A stretch of 64,000 nt of DNA. Source: Oculina patagonica (Eukaryota). The position numbers and the translations under genes are program-made. Location of the stretch: contig NC_135769.1 of NCBI RefSeq assembly GCF_052425735.1, forward strand, positions 24,180,001 through 24,244,000, written 5' to 3'. Below the pieces are notes generated by a model, which searched no databases, was not told the DNA's origin, and saw nothing but the letters and a program-made list of their open reading frames with translations. Positions 60,263 to 64,000 of the stretch are shown here, one piece after another. Each line of letters opens with the position of its first letter. The stretch's first letter is position 1.

Positions 60263-63200
60263 ACAATGTCACACATTTTTTTGGTATGCCTACACACGAC
60301 TAAAACATTTGTCCTTGTTGTTGTTGTTTTTTTTTTCTAAAAAAAGTACCACGAAACTTAAAAGAGGATAGCAAACGGGATGTTGCGATCACGTTTCACG
60401 CACAAATTTCAACCACATTCACCCGTCACGAATACTTGAAAGAGCACAGATTCACGAACTGAATCACGTTTCTTTTCTAGCTATTTAATTTCACTCATCA
60501 CACTCTAACTTTTCCCCTATTGTCACCCGTCACGGACTAATTTTTGCCCTTTCACGTGTCACGCACAACCCCTTTGCTACCCTCTTAAAACAAACAAAAA
60601 GTCAAAAAAGATTATGATACCACTCTAGCTTTGCAAAACACCATGCTCGTAAACAAACAATGGTTAGAGAAAAAATCTCTCCATCGTCCGTCGACAAATG
60701 AAATAATTTTCCATAAAGGACAAAATATAGCTCGCTTGTTTGGCTTTGCAACTTACAACGATTAAATTGATCAGCATAAACTATTACTTGAAGGAAATTA
60801 TATGACCATTGTATGTTTACACAATAACATATATTTCAACAAACACGATTCTCCTCTAGCTGCCATATGCATATCGCAATTATCATGAAATCATACTTTA
60901 GTTGAGCATGAACATCCCCACTTGTACGTGATCACGCCACTACCGGACGCGAAACGCCTGGACACATTCCTTTACACTCACAAACAGAGACAACCACTTT
61001 TTGGCCTAAAATGTGTAAATTACAATTTGCCAGCGTATCGAAAAACAAACCTGCCCATGACATTTGATTTTAAAGCTAGTTGCTTATCAAACCAAAAAAG
61101 TAACCGACATGTCCTCACATTCAAAAATCACTTGAACCTAAAGTTTAAATCTCACAAACAATCTTAAAATGTCTTCGCTCTAAGAAAAACTAGATTCAAA
61201 CTTATGTCGGTACAAAATTAATTTACTCGCCACATAAAACACTCAGTAACGTCCACACACCTTTTTTCGTTTCACAAACCACATGACCAATCTCGTTGAC
61301 GATTCCCAAATCAACTGTAACCCGTATCTCTCTTCTTCGAACCCCTACGAACATTGTCTGTTACACATTTTACGCAAAAACTGGTTATCCTTATTTAGCA
61401 CGTCCTCGTTACCCTAATTTTCCGTCCCCAAATCCCAGGCAACACCTTCCCACATCCGAGGTCCAAAGCACGCGTACTCAAGCCCCACCCAGCCCTCCTG
61501 AAGTATGACTTCATAATAATTGGCAACTTCAATCATTTTACAACCAAGATAAAAACTACGTTGTTTTCCTTTATGCTTTGAAAGTTTACATTGTAATGTT
61601 TAAATTCAAATCTACATAAACTGATGCCTCGATATACGGCTCTAGCTGTAAACAAAGATTATGATTACCACTGTTAGTTTCCACAATGTCATGCTTGTAA
61701 ACAAACAACAATGTTCCTAATATTAGTAGCCTCGACACTTCAATAGATTTCTAACAATAATGAAACAAAGTTCGTTTTCCTTTCTTTCTGTTCTAAAACT
61801 TAAACTGTATTGCAATGTTGTGTTCATTAAAGTTATGTTTTTTGGCAAACACTGACTTTTGTCTCTCTAACAAAAACATCATGCTTAGATAACACTACAC
61901 TTCCGAACAACCCAACTTCGTTACGCCAAAACACTCATACTCCCACTCCAACTAGAAATCCCAGGTAATTCTCAAAAATGTCAAGCAAGTTAAGAGTTTC
62001 CTAATAACAACTTACAAAAATACAGTTTGACCACTCTACTCTACCACAAAACAATTTGAATTCCCCCTTGCACATTTTACGACCTTTTGAAATTAGCACC
62101 TGCTCATACATTATAACACTACACAAAGATTTCATTTCCTTAAAACACACGTATCCAACCTTCCTTTTGACTTTACTAGGGAAGCCTAGACGACTTTATT
62201 TTCAATATACCCTATACCCCGGACAAAAGCTACCCAGCTATTACCAGAATGAGCTGGCCCAAAGCGCCCTTTGATTAGTGTAGTGTTTGAACTACACTCA
62301 TGCGGTAGATTGTTTGTGAGGTGAAAAGTGCTACGGGGATAACGCTAGCTGTAAACAATTCCAAGCATGCCATTTATTTCAAAAGATCGGCTTTCAAATA
62401 GCCTGCGTCATGTTGCAGCCAGACGTATCACCAAATCCTTGATATACTGCCAGGCTGCTTTCAAGAGATCGTGTGTATTAAATTATAAGCAAGATTTAAA
62501 TCCTCGCGTTTCCAGGTATGAATTGCAAGACTTACTTGTCTTTTGCCGAACAATTGAGGAAAAAAACCCTGAGAAACAGCAAATACATGTCAAAAAGCAA
62601 GTTTCTTTGATTTGTCAAACATGCACGAAAGCGAATGTTTCCAAATTTATATTTAAGCAACATGACCTTTTCCCGACATTAACAATCCGTCACGCAAATT
62701 GAATATTTCTCAAGTATTTCCTTCCATGAATGAAACTTTTGTTTGAGAGCGGAATATTTTCTCAGAAGAAAGTTTTTAGACCGTCGCCTCGGACATTATA
62801 ACACTGAAGTGTGCCGTGTGAAATCTTCGTAGTGCAAAAAACAATACTTTCACTGCTGATTCCATCTGTTGAAAAAAAAAACATTTACCGCAGTTTTCTG
62901 TTTTTTAACGTGGGGACAGTGGCTTCATTGTGAACTAAGGAACGGTTATATAGGTTTGGCTTCGTCAGTTGGAAGAGCTTAATCAAGCTTAAGGGCCGAA
63001 AATTTCGAAGTCCACTTTGACTGGTTTGTCAACTTTTGTTATTCAACTGAAGAGAAATAGTTAACAATTATTCCATGAGCCCGCGTTGGATACGAGGTGG
63101 TAAATATTGAATGAAACATACGAGGAAAGCGAGCCAGAGAGTTTTCTTTCCAAGATTTTCCTCGAACAATCCCCTCTAAAGTCGTCTAAATATCCTGGAA

Positions 63201-64000
63201 ATTGTGACAACAGTTAAGATTTACGAGAAGATCCGAAGCAAAAGCTTTTCTGGAAACTACAAGTCTTGTGCAAGTCGAACGAAGCAAGTGTTTACATTGT
63301 ACTTCTTTACGGCTCCACGGCTGTCATCAAGACTGCTATATTATTTGAAGCGAAATTCAGCTTAAAGTGGAACAGGTTTGTTGAAGTATAAAAGGACAAA
63401 ACCAAGATTGAAAGGTAACAAACTTTACGGAAGTGCTGAGCCTAGTTTTATGACGTACACTGAATGAAACTGTGTCAGTTTGCCGTTCTTTCGTAAATTA
63501 TTTGATGCTTTTCTACTTTATTGACTCGCTCTTGTTGTGTGTTTACAAGTGTTATTAATTAAACTTTTCGCATCAATCCTTTTGTTTTGCGTAGTTAATT
63601 TTACTATGGCATTTCTGTGGTTGTGGTAGGCACCGCTGATTATTTCTTGTTCATAAAGTTCGCCAAATTTGCTGTTTTTCAACCATTTTTCCGATGGAAC
63701 TGTCGCTTCCCGTAGAAAAATTTTAGCTTGGCAAAAGTAACGCAATCATTTTCCAAATAAGGTCAAACTAAGGTATACGAGCTGACAACCGGGATTGAGT
63801 GAACCAATCAGAATGCTAGAAATGCAATATCCGTGGCTGAAAATTTAATAATTATTGATATATTGTATTGCCCATCTTTTCGATTTTCATTGTGATTTTC
63901 TTGTCCGTGACATTGTTTTGCTTTTGGATTTTCGGACGGTCTGTAGTCAACATAAGTTTGTAAAAAAATTTCGCATATTGTGATTATAACGAAAATTAAA

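Larger units (their letters stand above)
33025..62279 (+). mobile_element. Full-length Helentron (Helitron2), about 15 kb without nested insertions
   Basis: 5' end TTTTT-AGCTCATTCT-CA-AGAATGAG hairpin (33030-33049). 3' subterminal IR AGAATGAGCT (62246-62255) plus hairpin CAAAG-CGCC-CTTTG (62260-62273). Contains Rep-Hel-EN and RPA-like ORFs. Confidence 0.8.

Overview
AT-rich, repeat-dense animal genomic DNA. The repeat families resemble those of stony corals or other cnidarians, which is an inference. The left half (1-33 kb) holds a minus-strand spliced host gene reconstructed as death-effector domain (DED) + charged linker + ankyrin repeats (4 phase-1 exons, about 536 aa). Around it are many MITEs, a 5'-truncated RTE LINE, HINE-type elements, and a Penelope remnant with a hammerhead ribozyme. 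The right half (about 33,025-62,279) is one full-length Helentron (Helitron2) encoding a 2A-like motif, OTU, Rep, PIF1 helicase and EEP endonuclease, plus a separate RPA-like ORF. Its Rep ORF is split by an antisense non-autonomous HINE. That HINE in turn contains an 11.2-kb Zator-like TIR transposon (41-bp TIRs, AAT TSD). This inner element is the most unusual thing in the window. It encodes a 2133-aa transposase fused to a Ulp1/C48-type protease, about 70 copies of an S/T/A/P octapeptide, two SAP domains and a Tudor-like end, and it carries a divergently transcribed partner ORF. All domain calls come from motif recognition by eye; no database search was run.
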